In this document: positions 17,990 to 26,629 of the stretch, in pieces
How the letters are laid out: every line of letters begins with the position of its first letter
How positions within the stretch are numbered: the first letter of the stretch is position 1
DNA from: Planctomycetota bacterium
GTDB taxonomy: Bacteria > Planctomycetota > Phycisphaerae > UBA1845
DNA: 64,000 bases
Direction of reading: 5' to 3'
Assembly: GCA_052034525.1 (NCBI GenBank)
Contig: JBPOIK010000079.1
Coordinates: 6,579-70,578, forward strand
Program-made: the position numbers and the translations under genes
The notes under the pieces: generated by a model
What the model was told of the DNA's origin: nothing
Seen by the model: the letters and a program-made list of their open reading frames with translations, nothing else
The model's database searches: none

Positions 17990-19141
17990 TCATTCCACGG
18001 CCGGTTCCAATAGGGTGAGGGTCCGGGCGGTGGCGTCGAGGTCGGCCAGAACGCCGAGCGGAATGGTGGCGTTGTCGCGCACGTGCCCGATGGGGAACCG
18101 CGCGACCACGGGGTAGGGTGCGTCGCCGAAGTAGTCTGCAAACACCTCGTCCAGGGTGAGACTCTTCTCGGGCATCCCCGGGTTGCATTTGTGCCAGCGG
18201 CCGAGGATCACGCCGGCGACGCCGTCCAGCAATCCGGCATGTTTGAGCTGGCGCAGAAAGCGGTCAATGCGGTACGGCTCTTCGCCGACATCCTCGAGAA
18301 ACAGGAGGCGCCCTTTCGTCTCGATCTGCCACGGCGTGCCCATCAGAGCACACACCAGGGAGAGATTTCCGCCGACCAGCCGTCCGCGCGCCCGCCCCGG
18401 GCGGAGCGTCTGCGGGCCGGGAGTGTCTGGCTCACAAAGAGCGAGGTCATACCGCAGGGTGCCGTCGGGCGGAGAGGGAACCAGGGCCTCGAAGCCGGGC
18501 ACCGGATCGGTGGCGTCCGGCTCGGCGGATCGGGCGGCCAGGGCGGACAGGGTCTTGGCGTCGCACACGTTGCGCCACAGATGAACGGAGGCAAACGGCG
18601 TGAGGTTGCGGTCCTTGCTGCCCAGCCCCCACATCAGATTCGGACCGTGAAACGCGACCTGGCCGGTCTGTTTGTGGATGGCAAGGTGGAGTGCGGTGAC
18701 GTCGCTGAACCCCAACAAGATTTTGGGGTTGCGCCGGATGACCTCATAATCCAGCAGATCCAGGATACGCGTGGTGCCGTAGCCGCCGGTGCCGCAGAAG
18801 ACGGCTTTGACCTGGGGATCCATGTACGCCTCCATGATGGCGTGGGCTCGCTGGGCATCGGTGGAGGCCAGGTATCCACGGCGGGCATAGACGTCGCCGA
18901 TGACACGGGTCCGAAACCCCATGACCTCCAGGCGGCGGACCGCCTGGCCGACCCGGTCGCGGTCCAGTGGGTGCCCGGGAGCAACGATCGCGATGGTGTC
19001 GCCCGTCCGTAGGGCCGGCGGTCGACGGGAGCGCTGTGTTTGCGCCTCCGGGGTTTTCGAATCCGCGATGGTGAGGGTTGCCAGGATCAGAGCGCTCAGG
19101 CCGGCCAACCCAGTCCACTTCCAGACGACCGCATCACGCAT
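17990..19141 (-). CDS. LD-carboxypeptidase (peptidase S66, LdcA/MccF-like), secreted
   Basis: From the ATG at 19141 the protein reads MRDAVVWKWTGLAGLSALILATLTIA (signal-like). It then carries LRTGDTIAIVAPGHPLD...GYLASTDAQRAHAIMEAYMDPQVKAVFCGTGGYGTTRILDLLDY...ILLGFSDVTALHLAI, the S66 nucleophile region. Confidence 0.85.
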   Translation of the reverse strand: MRDAVVWKWTGLAGLSALILATLTIADSKTPEAQTQRSRRPPALRTGDTIAIVAPGHPLDRDRVGQAVRRLEVMGFRTRVIGDVYARRGYLASTDAQRAHAIMEAYMDPQVKAVFCGTGGYGTTRILDLLDYEVIRRNPKILLGFSDVTALHLAIHKQTGQVAFHGPNLMWGLGSKDRNLTPFASVHLWRNVCDAKTLSALAARSAEPDATDPVPGFEALVPSPPDGTLRYDLALCEPDTPGPQTLRPGRARGRLVGGNLSLVCALMGTPWQIETKGRLLFLEDVGEEPYRIDRFLRQLKHAGLLDGVAGVILGRWHKCNPGMPEKSLTLDEVFADYFGDAPYPVVARFPIGHVRDNATIPLGVLADLDATARTLTLLEPAVE

Positions 19142-19326
19142 TGCTTGGGCCTCCTGTTGGCGGGGCTGGTCGAATGGTACCGGACCGCCCTCCGGCACAA
19201 AAGCGTGAGGTGGTTGCAATCTCGGTCGCCGGAGGTGACACTACTGCCGCCGGCTCCTATAATGCGAGCCGGTCGTCCACCGCGGGGTTCGGCGGAAGTC
19301 CGGTTGCGGTCGAACGAATACTGGAA

Positions 19327-19400
19327 GCGCCTGTAGCTCAAGTGGATAGAGTGGCTGGCTTCGAACCAGCAGGTTGGAGGTTCGAGTCCTCCCGGGCGCG
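19327..19400 (+). tRNA. tRNA-Arg (anticodon UCG)
   Basis: Manual cloverleaf: acceptor GCGCCTG/CGGGCGC, D arm GCTC-AAGTGGATA-GAGT, anticodon arm GCTGG-CTTCGAA-CCAGC, T arm GGAGG-TTCGAGT-CCTCC, discriminator G. CCA is not encoded. Confidence 0.92.
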
Positions 19401-19526
19401 GTGCGGGCCGAGTGCCTCATTTGGCCTCCGGCCGTTTTCCGCAGGTTGCCCCGCATTTGTCCCGGTAAGGGCGAACACTCCGGGTTGTCGGGGTCTAACG
19501 AGTAGTCTCGCGAGCAGGTCCAAATC

Positions 19527-20132
19527 GTGGCTGACGAATCCGAAGAAACGAGAATCAAGGAAGAAGAGGACGGCAAAGGCACCGTTTCAGGCAGTAGCGC
19601 GGCCCGCAAGAAGGAGCCACCGGCGTTTGCCTGGAAGCTGACGGGCTATGCTGACGGGCTGACCCTGACTCTGCTGAAGTGTGTCGAACGTAAGGACGCG
19701 GAAGCGCAACTGGTTCGGTTGGAGAAGGAAGGCTACTACACCGGCCTGTTGATCACGGCCCTGACAGATCCGGTGCCTCCGGGGCCGGCCGTGAAAAAGA
19801 AGTGGGAGCCGGCGCCGGCTCGAGTTTTCGTAGACGACAGCCGTATGCGTGCGGCCAGAACCCGCCCGGCTCCACCACGCACGGTAGAAAAGGCCGCCCC
19901 AGTCGCATCCAAGCCGCCGGCCAAACGACCGAAGCCGGTTGCCACCAAAAAAGCCCCCGCAGCTCAGCCGGCTACGAAGACGAAACCCGCCGTCGCCCGC
20001 AAGGCATCTTCCAAAGCCGCGCCGGCGGACAAGACGGCCAAAACAACCGCCAAGACCAGAAAGACCGCCGTGAAGTCCGCTGCCAAGACGCCCAAAACAA
20101 AAGAACCCAAGGCAATTCGCAAGAAAAAATGA
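19527..20132 (+). CDS. Hypothetical protein with a histone-H1-like Lys/Ala/Pro-rich C-terminal tail
   Basis: GTG start with no clear RBS. A small N-terminal domain (FAWKLTGYADGLTLTLLKCVERKDAEAQLVRLEKEGYYTG) is followed by ...KPPAKRPKPVATKKAPAAQPATKTKPAVARKASSKAAPADKTAKTTAKTRKTAVKSAAKTPKTKEPKAIRKKK. Confidence 0.6.
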   Translation: MADESEETRIKEEEDGKGTVSGSSAARKKEPPAFAWKLTGYADGLTLTLLKCVERKDAEAQLVRLEKEGYYTGLLITALTDPVPPGPAVKKKWEPAPARVFVDDSRMRAARTRPAPPRTVEKAAPVASKPPAKRPKPVATKKAPAAQPATKTKPAVARKASSKAAPADKTAKTTAKTRKTAVKSAAKTPKTKEPKAIRKKK

Positions 20133-20182
20133 TGATGGATCGTTCACGGACCGCCACGTCCGGGACCGGCTCGATAATGCCG

Positions 20183-21148
20183 CTATCGTGGCTGCGTTCC
20201 GGCCGTCCCGTCCTCCGTTTGCCGTCCGTGCGCGGGAGCTTCAGGTGATTCACCCTCGCTCGACACGCGGGACAGGAAACCCACGCTGGAAGCGAAAAAC
20301 GATTCCGTCATGGGGCGGATGGCCTGCGACTGCTCTTCCTGAAGGTCCTGCAGATTGGCCAGGCACATGGGGCAGCCCACTACGTCCAGGTGAAACTGCG
20401 TGTAGCTGCGCCACGGGTCGTCCAGGATGCCCAGCAGGTAGCTGCCCAGCGTACTGCGCTTCAGGCAGGTCAGGCGAAACTCACGCCACACGCGGGCGAC
20501 CGTCACTTCGGTTTGTTCTTCGTCCATGTTGCGACGGTCGGTCTGCGCCGATTGTTCGACGAAGCTCCGCAGGCGTTGGATCGCCCGGAATTTGATGCCG
20601 GCCACCGTTTTCTGATCGATATCGAGCAGGTCGGCCGCCTCCAGGTTGCGTTTCCCCGCGAAAAACAGCAGCTCGATGACTTGCAAGTCATCGAACGCCC
20701 CGCGATCGCGGCACTCGTGAATGAATGCCTTCAGCCCGTCGCGCAACACGTATCGCTGCATCTGTTGAATCTCAGCCCGGACGGCGAGACTGCTGGGAGT
20801 CTCCGTCTGAACCGGAGCGATCCGGTCAAACACCACCTCCTCCAGATCGCCGGCCAGTGGGAGAATGAGCGGCAGCCTCCGACGGCGAAGCAGGTCGATC
20901 AGCTTGTACCGTAGAATCGTGAAAAGATACGTTTCCAGGCTTCGGGTCGGATCGTAGCGATCGAGTGATTGCAGGAAACCCACGAACGTATCCTGCACCG
21001 CGTCTTCCGCGTCGGCCAGGGTGGGCGTCTGGGCCCGGGCGAAAGCCTGGAGACGCCCTTCATAGCGGGCGATAAGCTGCCGCCAGGCGAGCTCGCTGCC
21101 ACGGCGGATCTGCTCCACCAGAAATGTGTCCGCGCCATCCGGCGCCAT
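20183..21148 (-). CDS. ECF-type sigma-70 family factor with a C-terminal extension of about 120 aa
   Basis: Region 2: AWRQLIARYEGRLQAFAR...AEDAVQDTFVGFLQSLDRYDPTRSLETYLFTILRYKLIDLLRRRR. Region 4: IELLFFAGKRNLEAADLLDIDQKTVAGIKFRAIQRLR. The extension contains FHLDVVGCPMCLANL. Confidence 0.85.
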   Translation of the reverse strand: MAPDGADTFLVEQIRRGSELAWRQLIARYEGRLQAFARAQTPTLADAEDAVQDTFVGFLQSLDRYDPTRSLETYLFTILRYKLIDLLRRRRLPLILPLAGDLEEVVFDRIAPVQTETPSSLAVRAEIQQMQRYVLRDGLKAFIHECRDRGAFDDLQVIELLFFAGKRNLEAADLLDIDQKTVAGIKFRAIQRLRSFVEQSAQTDRRNMDEEQTEVTVARVWREFRLTCLKRSTLGSYLLGILDDPWRSYTQFHLDVVGCPMCLANLQDLQEEQSQAIRPMTESFFASSVGFLSRVSSEGESPEAPAHGRQTEDGTAGTQPR

Positions 21149-21771
21149 TGCTCGGCCGTCTCCAAAATACAGACACCCGGCCCTTTTTCAGCAGCGCCGA
21201 CCTCCTTCCGGTCGTCTGCCCTGACTGCGTGGCGCGTCGTGTCAGCGCGATGATACGACAACAGTCCCTGAATGGCTACGGGAAGGATTCCCGGAAATGG
21301 TTCGCGGGCACGGAACGGTGTGCTGGAGTCCTCGGTCCGCAATTCTCGGAGCGGCGAACGACGCATCGGGCAGCCAGCGGTCCAGCTTCTTCACGGCGAG
21401 GATCCTTCTGCGAACGTTGCCCGCGCACTACACCGTGGTAACCACTTGTGTTCCAAGCTGTTGCAGAATCGGACGGGGAGATGGCCTTCAGGGCCTGTTG
21501 CGCCCAGGCAACAGGCGGGCGCACGCCGTAGCGGTACGTCGCGCTGCAATCGGCCGGGCCGATGGGCATACCATTGCAACGGACGGCGTTTTACCGGGCG
21601 TGCGACAGGGAGAACGGCGAAAGAAGGCTCTGGCACAACCGTTGCCCTTGGTTCCAGCGAACGCCCGGAACCGGCAACGCCACCCGGACGTTTCTGGAGG
21701 TGTCATCAACCGATAACCGAAACCGCGACTTTGAGCGGTGCGGGAGGATGAGGGAAGGAAAGGGTGAATAC

Positions 21772-22056
21772 ATGAACGAAGAAACGTTCCAGAAAAAACT
21801 GGCGGAACTGGTTGCGGAGATCGGTACGCTGCCCACCGGGGAGCGGGAGAAACTGCAGGCCCTGGCAGATGAGACCAAAGAGCGGCACAAACAACTCAAG
21901 CAGACGGTCTCGAACCTCCAGGAGAGCATTGATTTCCTGCGGTTGTCCATCAAGTACATGCTGTTCGACCTCGAAGCCACGCGAAGGGAGAACAACTACC
22001 TCCGCAAAATGCTGGAAGACAGCACGGGGCGATCGGACGACAATTCGGCCGGATGA
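21772..22056 (+). CDS. Small coiled-coil protein (94 aa), unknown function
   Basis: The ATG at 21772 follows GGAAGGAAAGGGTG. The protein MNEETFQKKLAELVAEIGTLPTGEREKLQALADETKERHKQLKQTVSNLQESIDFLRLSIKYMLFDLEATRRENNYLRKML has heptad character. The part of ORF 21562..22056 upstream of this ATG looks non-coding. Confidence 0.55.
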   Translation: MNEETFQKKLAELVAEIGTLPTGEREKLQALADETKERHKQLKQTVSNLQESIDFLRLSIKYMLFDLEATRRENNYLRKMLEDSTGRSDDNSAG

Positions 22057-22522
22057 GGCCGTTCGCCAGGTCCTGTCGGGCTGGACCCCGATTCTGCTGG
22101 CGGAGCGACGGGAATTGATTCGAAGCTGACGCAGAGACCCACAGAATCGTCGCTGGGCCGTCGGCCCGGGTATCTCGACCCGGGTCGACGGCCTGTTTCG
22201 TTTGTCATGATCGACCAACACGTCCCGATCGAAACCGACGCATAATCGTAGCAAAATGCCGCATATTGCACTAACGTCTTGTAAAACGAAGGGTTAACAC
22301 AGACCTCACCGTCGCCCAATGTATGGGACGCGCGCTCAAATGTCCAAAATTGTCTGAAATTGAGATGCCAACCTTATTGACTTAACGACCGATATGTCCA
22401 ATATGTAAGAATGTGTAATGGGCGGAGTCGCGGCCAGGTGCCTGTCGAGCGACTCCTCCGCTGCGGGTTGCCGTGATCAGCGGGCACGGTATGCTAAGCG
22501 GGTCGAGAAAGTGCCGAAAGCT

Positions 22523-23659
22523 ATGAGGAACGCAATCATGCTCAGAACACAGTTGAAGTGGTGTGAAGGGGCGCGGGCGCGGTCGGCCGGCTTCACGTTG
22601 ATCGAACTGCTGGTGGTCGTCTCGATCATCGCGCTGCTGATTTCCATTCTGCTTCCATCGCTCAAGAAGGCCAGGGACCAGACGAAGGCGGCCGTCTGTT
22701 GCACGAACCTCGGCGGACTGGCCAAGGCATCCAACACGTACGCGGCCGATGACCCAACGGGCGTTGTGATGCCGTGTTGGGCGCACCTCGGCGACGTGGG
22801 GCCAGGGACAAGAAATAGAGGGCGGCAAGTAGCGGATACTAGTAAGTCAGATCTCAATGCAGCCTTTGGGTGGGGGGGCAAGGGCGGTCGAGGCGCTTAC
22901 GGGGGGAGTCACATGCAGACGGGTTGGTCCTCGGGCTGGGGCGGGCAGAACTGGCGCGGCGCCGACAGCCGCCCGCTGAACTACATGATATACAAGAGCA
23001 TTTCCAAGGTGGAACCGGGAAACACGGACGCGATCATCGCAGACCAGAATCTGGACTTCAATGCGTACCGGTGCCCGGCCGATACGGGATACACCGCGAA
23101 AAACTGGGACAACTACTGGGGTAGGGGAAAGGGTTTTGCGAGCAGCACACTGAGCGCTTACGATCATTTCGGTACCAGTTATGGGGGTTCGGCGTTTACC
23201 ATTTACATCACGTCGGGTGGCGTCGCCGAGGGCCCCATGCTAACCCTCACGCCGTGGCTGCGTCCGCTGGCGCGGATCCGCAATGCGTCCAAAGTGATTC
23301 TGTACCAGGAGGCGAACGGCCTTTACGCGTGGACTCTGAAGGTGGACGACATGAAGGGGGGCAACAAGGTGTGTTCGGGGGCTGACTTCGACGATGAGCC
23401 CAATGCCATCGTGAAGGGTTGGCACGGAAAGGACTGGACGTTCACCGCGTGCTTCACCGACGGTCACGCGGCCCCGATCCGGATGCGCGGCTGCTACCAG
23501 CCGCCGCCGGACCTTGGTTCGCAGTATGCGAAACAGTACCAGGTGCCCGACCAGTTCCAGTTCTGGTGCCCGGTTCAGTTCTGGGGAAACGGCTGGCAAC
23601 TGGACACGCTCCCGGCGCCGGGCATAAGCACCGGGATCCTAGCCCAGGACGTCTTATAG
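22523..23659 (+). CDS. Prepilin-type N-terminal cleavage/methylation domain protein (DUF1559-like, planctomycete type)
   Basis: From the ATG at 22523 the protein reads MRNAIMLRTQLKWCEGARARSAGFTLIELLVVVSIIALLISILLPSLKKARDQTKAAVCCTNLGGL, the classic G-FTLIELLVV pilin-like signal. The Gly/Trp/Tyr-rich body resembles the H-X9-DG family (WHGKDWTFTACFTDGHA). Confidence 0.8.
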   Translation: MRNAIMLRTQLKWCEGARARSAGFTLIELLVVVSIIALLISILLPSLKKARDQTKAAVCCTNLGGLAKASNTYAADDPTGVVMPCWAHLGDVGPGTRNRGRQVADTSKSDLNAAFGWGGKGGRGAYGGSHMQTGWSSGWGGQNWRGADSRPLNYMIYKSISKVEPGNTDAIIADQNLDFNAYRCPADTGYTAKNWDNYWGRGKGFASSTLSAYDHFGTSYGGSAFTIYITSGGVAEGPMLTLTPWLRPLARIRNASKVILYQEANGLYAWTLKVDDMKGGNKVCSGADFDDEPNAIVKGWHGKDWTFTACFTDGHAAPIRMRGCYQPPPDLGSQYAKQYQVPDQFQFWCPVQFWGNGWQLDTLPAPGISTGILAQDVL

Positions 23660-23768
23660 GTGGTGCAATGCGGCAGGCTCTGCTCCGCGTCGGCGTCCAG
23701 CCTTGGGTACAGCGGCATGAGGTCGGTTCGCGAGTGGTCGGCCAGGCTGCCAGAAAGGACAACTGAGC

Positions 23769-24149
23769 ATGAGTGCGAAGCAAGCGGGCAAAGGGAAAGG
23801 CGGGGGAGGCGGCAACACCACCCTCTACATCGGCCTGGCGGCTGCGGCGGTGGTGGTGATCGCGGGAATCTGGTACATGAGCGGTGGAACACAGGAGGAG
23901 ACGCCCATTGCTCCACCTCAGGACGTTCAGACAATGGGGGAGAATCCGGAGAGGGATTCTACGGCGGGCACGAGACGTCCGCCCCCCGAGCGGCGATCGC
24001 TGGACCGGGCATCCACCGAGCGGACTGATCCCTCTGCGCGACCACCGCGCGCGACGTCCGGTGACAGGGATTCAGGAGGCCCGTCCTCCCGTGGACCGGC
24101 CCCGACTCCCTCAAAGCCGCCGCCAAAGCCGGGCAGGTACAAGGGTTGA
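23769..24149 (+). CDS. Hypothetical single-pass membrane protein with a Pro/Arg-rich tail
   Basis: MSAKQAGKGKGGGGGNTTLYIGLAAAAVVVIAGIWYM contains one TM helix and is followed by a low-complexity Pro/Ser/Arg region. No family was recognised. Confidence 0.45.
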   Translation: MSAKQAGKGKGGGGGNTTLYIGLAAAAVVVIAGIWYMSGGTQEETPIAPPQDVQTMGENPERDSTAGTRRPPPERRSLDRASTERTDPSARPPRATSGDRDSGGPSSRGPAPTPSKPPPKPGRYKG

Positions 24150-24185
24150 CTTGTCTGCCGCACGGTGAAGTGTGGGGCGCGAACA

Positions 24186-24228
24186 CGACACCCCTGTTGG
24201 CCGCAGACTGTGGCCGACAGGGGTGTCG
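24186..24228 (+). terminator. Strong hairpin after 23769..24149 (possible terminator, no U-tract)
   Basis: Perfect 12-bp stem CGACACCCCTGT ... ACAGGGGTGTCG enclosing a second short stem (GGCC...GGCC). It lies 37 nt after the stop codon. Confidence 0.45.
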
Positions 24229-24473
24229 TATCATGGAGCGCCGGCTCGCCGATCACCCGCGATTCCGTTTCGAACTGGGGCAATTCGCCGTCCGACACTC
24301 TCCCAGCCTGTGGCGATTCGAGCGGGGTCTCAGGCAGGTGTGCTCAAGAGCGGCCGCTTCGATCTCGACGACCAGAAAACCCTGTCTTTCGTGCGCCTTT
24401 CCTGGTAGAATAATGCTCCGTGAGCTGGGATGAGTCTCCCCTGTTGAGTTGCAGAAAAGGGGGTAGGAAGTCC

Positions 24474-25802
24474 ATGTCTGCCCGTCTCCGTGCGCCAGTG
24501 TGGTGGCCGTGTCCATACGTGGCGGTTTTGGTCTGTGTGGTCGTCACACCGATCGCCCTGGCCACCCGACCGGTGGAGCCGCTGCCAGCGGGGCGCTATT
24601 CGTTTGATCACGGGTCACCAACGGTTATGGTGGGGTTTCTGGGAGCCGCAGACGTGCTTCGGCTCTCGCAGACGGAACCGGATTTTCCCACCGTTGACCT
24701 CAGCGCCGGCGCGGTCGGGCTGACACCGTTTGATGACATTGACGCGCTGTCCCTCAACATAACGGATGTGGAGCCGTATGACCCGTTGCTGCTGATCTTC
24801 TCCGTCGATCGCTTCACCACGGGAATCGCCGCGCCCGATCCGTCCTTGGTCGCGCAGGGTGTGCCGTTCAACGTGCAGGATCAGGCGGCCCGAGGGCACG
24901 CTGCCGCCGATCAGTTCATGAGCACGCGGGCATTCACCCTATCCGGTTTGCCTCCCCCGGCCGGGGGGCGGCCGGTGCCCAACAACACCCTGATCCGCAA
25001 CAACTTTGATGAAGGAGGCACCGGACACGGGGCCCAGCCCCGACGGGCGGCGGACATCTGGTTGGTCGGCCATCCGCAGGATAACATCGATGCCATCACG
25101 GGTGAGATCATCCCGAGCGCGCGAAGCCAGCCACCACTGTACCTGTCGTTGACACCGCAATCCCCGACCGTCATCCAGACCGGGACCACCGGCGCTCACA
25201 TCTTCTATCTGTCCGAGCCGAGCGGGGATTTGACCGTTTTTGCCTCTCCCTCCGCCCTGGGCCTGACTGCACAGGACGACATCGACGCGCTGGTGGTGTT
25301 CGATATGAACGAAAACGGCGTCTTCGACGGATCGGGGGCCTTGGCGGACCAGGTGCTGTTTTCACTGGCGCCCGATTCACCGTCGCTTATGACGATACCC
25401 AATGCCAGCGTGCAGGGCGCGGCGGCGGATATCTTCTCCGTCCGCGCGGGAGCACCGCCGAACATTACCGTGCTGGCCCGCGCATCCGACCTGGGGTTGG
25501 GAGCCGCTGGGGATAACGTGGATGCCCTGCATTTCGTCCGATCCGCCTCGCCGATGCAGAGCGCCCTGCAGCACGGTATCCGCCAGCGTGTGCCCTGCGA
25601 TTATGACAACGACGGCGACGTCGATGACAAGGATCTGGCGGCCTGGGTATTGGAGTGCCAGACCGGGCCGGGCATCCCCGGTGCGCCCGTGTCATTGACT
25701 CCCGAATGCCTCCTGGCGTTTGACATGACTGAAGATGGGCAGATTGACCTGGCCGATTTCGCTGCGTTCCAGCGGCTTTTCACGGGAACCATTATTCCGT
25801 AA
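24474..25802 (+). CDS. Secreted repeat protein with a C-terminal dockerin/EF-hand-like module
   Basis: The ATG at 24474 follows AAAGGGGGTAGGAAG. The N-terminus MSARLRAPVWWPCPYVAVLVCVVVTPIALA is signal-like. A D(D/N)(I/V)DAL motif recurs four times. The C-terminus has DYDNDGDVDDKDLAAW...FDMTEDGQIDLADFAAFQRLF. Confidence 0.7.
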   Translation: MSARLRAPVWWPCPYVAVLVCVVVTPIALATRPVEPLPAGRYSFDHGSPTVMVGFLGAADVLRLSQTEPDFPTVDLSAGAVGLTPFDDIDALSLNITDVEPYDPLLLIFSVDRFTTGIAAPDPSLVAQGVPFNVQDQAARGHAAADQFMSTRAFTLSGLPPPAGGRPVPNNTLIRNNFDEGGTGHGAQPRRAADIWLVGHPQDNIDAITGEIIPSARSQPPLYLSLTPQSPTVIQTGTTGAHIFYLSEPSGDLTVFASPSALGLTAQDDIDALVVFDMNENGVFDGSGALADQVLFSLAPDSPSLMTIPNASVQGAAADIFSVRAGAPPNITVLARASDLGLGAAGDNVDALHFVRSASPMQSALQHGIRQRVPCDYDNDGDVDDKDLAAWVLECQTGPGIPGAPVSLTPECLLAFDMTEDGQIDLADFAAFQRLFTGTIIP

Positions 25803-25865
25803 GCTGCGGCACCGTCGGCCAGGAATAGTGCGACGCTTCCCAGCGACGAGAGGGTTCTGACGGCA

Positions 25866-26438
25866 TCAGGCGGCAGGGCCGATCTCGGCCAGGATCGTCC
25901 TGAGGGCGTGCGCCAGGCTCCGGTTGAGAGCTTCGGCCAGGGGCGTGCTCTGAACGGACACGGGTCGCCATCCGGCGCTCGTAGACAGAAGGGTGTGCAA
26001 CTCGCGCAGTAGTGCTCCCAGCGCTACCCGCTGGCCCAGACCCAGATCCTCTTGCGTGCCCTCGCACGCCACTCCGATACGAATCACGTCCGAAGGCTGC
26101 CCGATGGCCTGCTGAGCCAGCCAGGATCCGGTGGTGTGCACGAGCCCGGTGCCCGTGATAACGAAATGGAACTGGTCGGTGGAACTGATGGCCGCCAATG
26201 CCATCGACCGAGTGCCTGTGGGCAGGGAACACGGAGCCACGTCAATCTGGTGCCAGTGACCGAGCCCAACCCGCAGATCGCGGATCACGGCGCGTTGGGC
26301 CTGCTCTGCGGCGAGTTCGGGCAGCAGAGCTTGTGCGGTCGATTGGGATGGCTCGATCAGGATCAACAGTCCGGCGGTGATCGTCATCGCGACGACCAGA
26401 GAAGCCAGAACCCGAAGCATGCGCGCACGCTGATCCAT
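25866..26438 (-). CDS. Hypothetical membrane-anchored protein (weak amidase_2/PGRP-like pattern)
   Basis: N-terminal TM helix MLRVLASLVVAMTITAGLLILI. The soluble part (...FHFVITGTGLVHTTGSWLAQQ...IRIGVACEG...QRVALGALLRELH) loosely resembles N-acetylmuramoyl-L-alanine amidase-like domains. The assignment is weak. Confidence 0.4.
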   Translation of the reverse strand: MDQRARMLRVLASLVVAMTITAGLLILIEPSQSTAQALLPELAAEQAQRAVIRDLRVGLGHWHQIDVAPCSLPTGTRSMALAAISSTDQFHFVITGTGLVHTTGSWLAQQAIGQPSDVIRIGVACEGTQEDLGLGQRVALGALLRELHTLLSTSAGWRPVSVQSTPLAEALNRSLAHALRTILAEIGPAA

Positions 26439-26629
26439 TGGTGCTTTAATCCGCCCTAAACCACAGCAAATCGGTGGGTTAACAGCCCCTTGTCACCCTT
26501 TATCTACAAAACATATCGGTTCGATGTCAAAAAACATTCACCTGGATTTTTCATCCTGCCGATAATACCCCATTTGCTTCTCGGACGCGCCAATCGACAC
26601 TCTACATATGGTATGAGCATCTTCAAAGA

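Noticed and set aside
21276-21751. ORFs 21276..21569(-) 97 aa and 21272..21751(+) 159 aa in the 620-bp gap upstream of the ECF sigma gene, considered as a possible anti-sigma or regulator.
   Set aside because: There are no TM segments, zinc-finger motifs or family motifs. The coding-like third-position bias fades after about 30 codons, and there is no RBS. I treat this as a promoter or leader region unless homology shows otherwise.
22200-22522. An A/T-richer patch with TTGACT (about 22376) and AATATG/TAAGAAT elements upstream of the DUF1559-like gene, considered as an insertion boundary.
   Set aside because: It is most simply a promoter region. No repeats, integrase or tRNA are associated with it.
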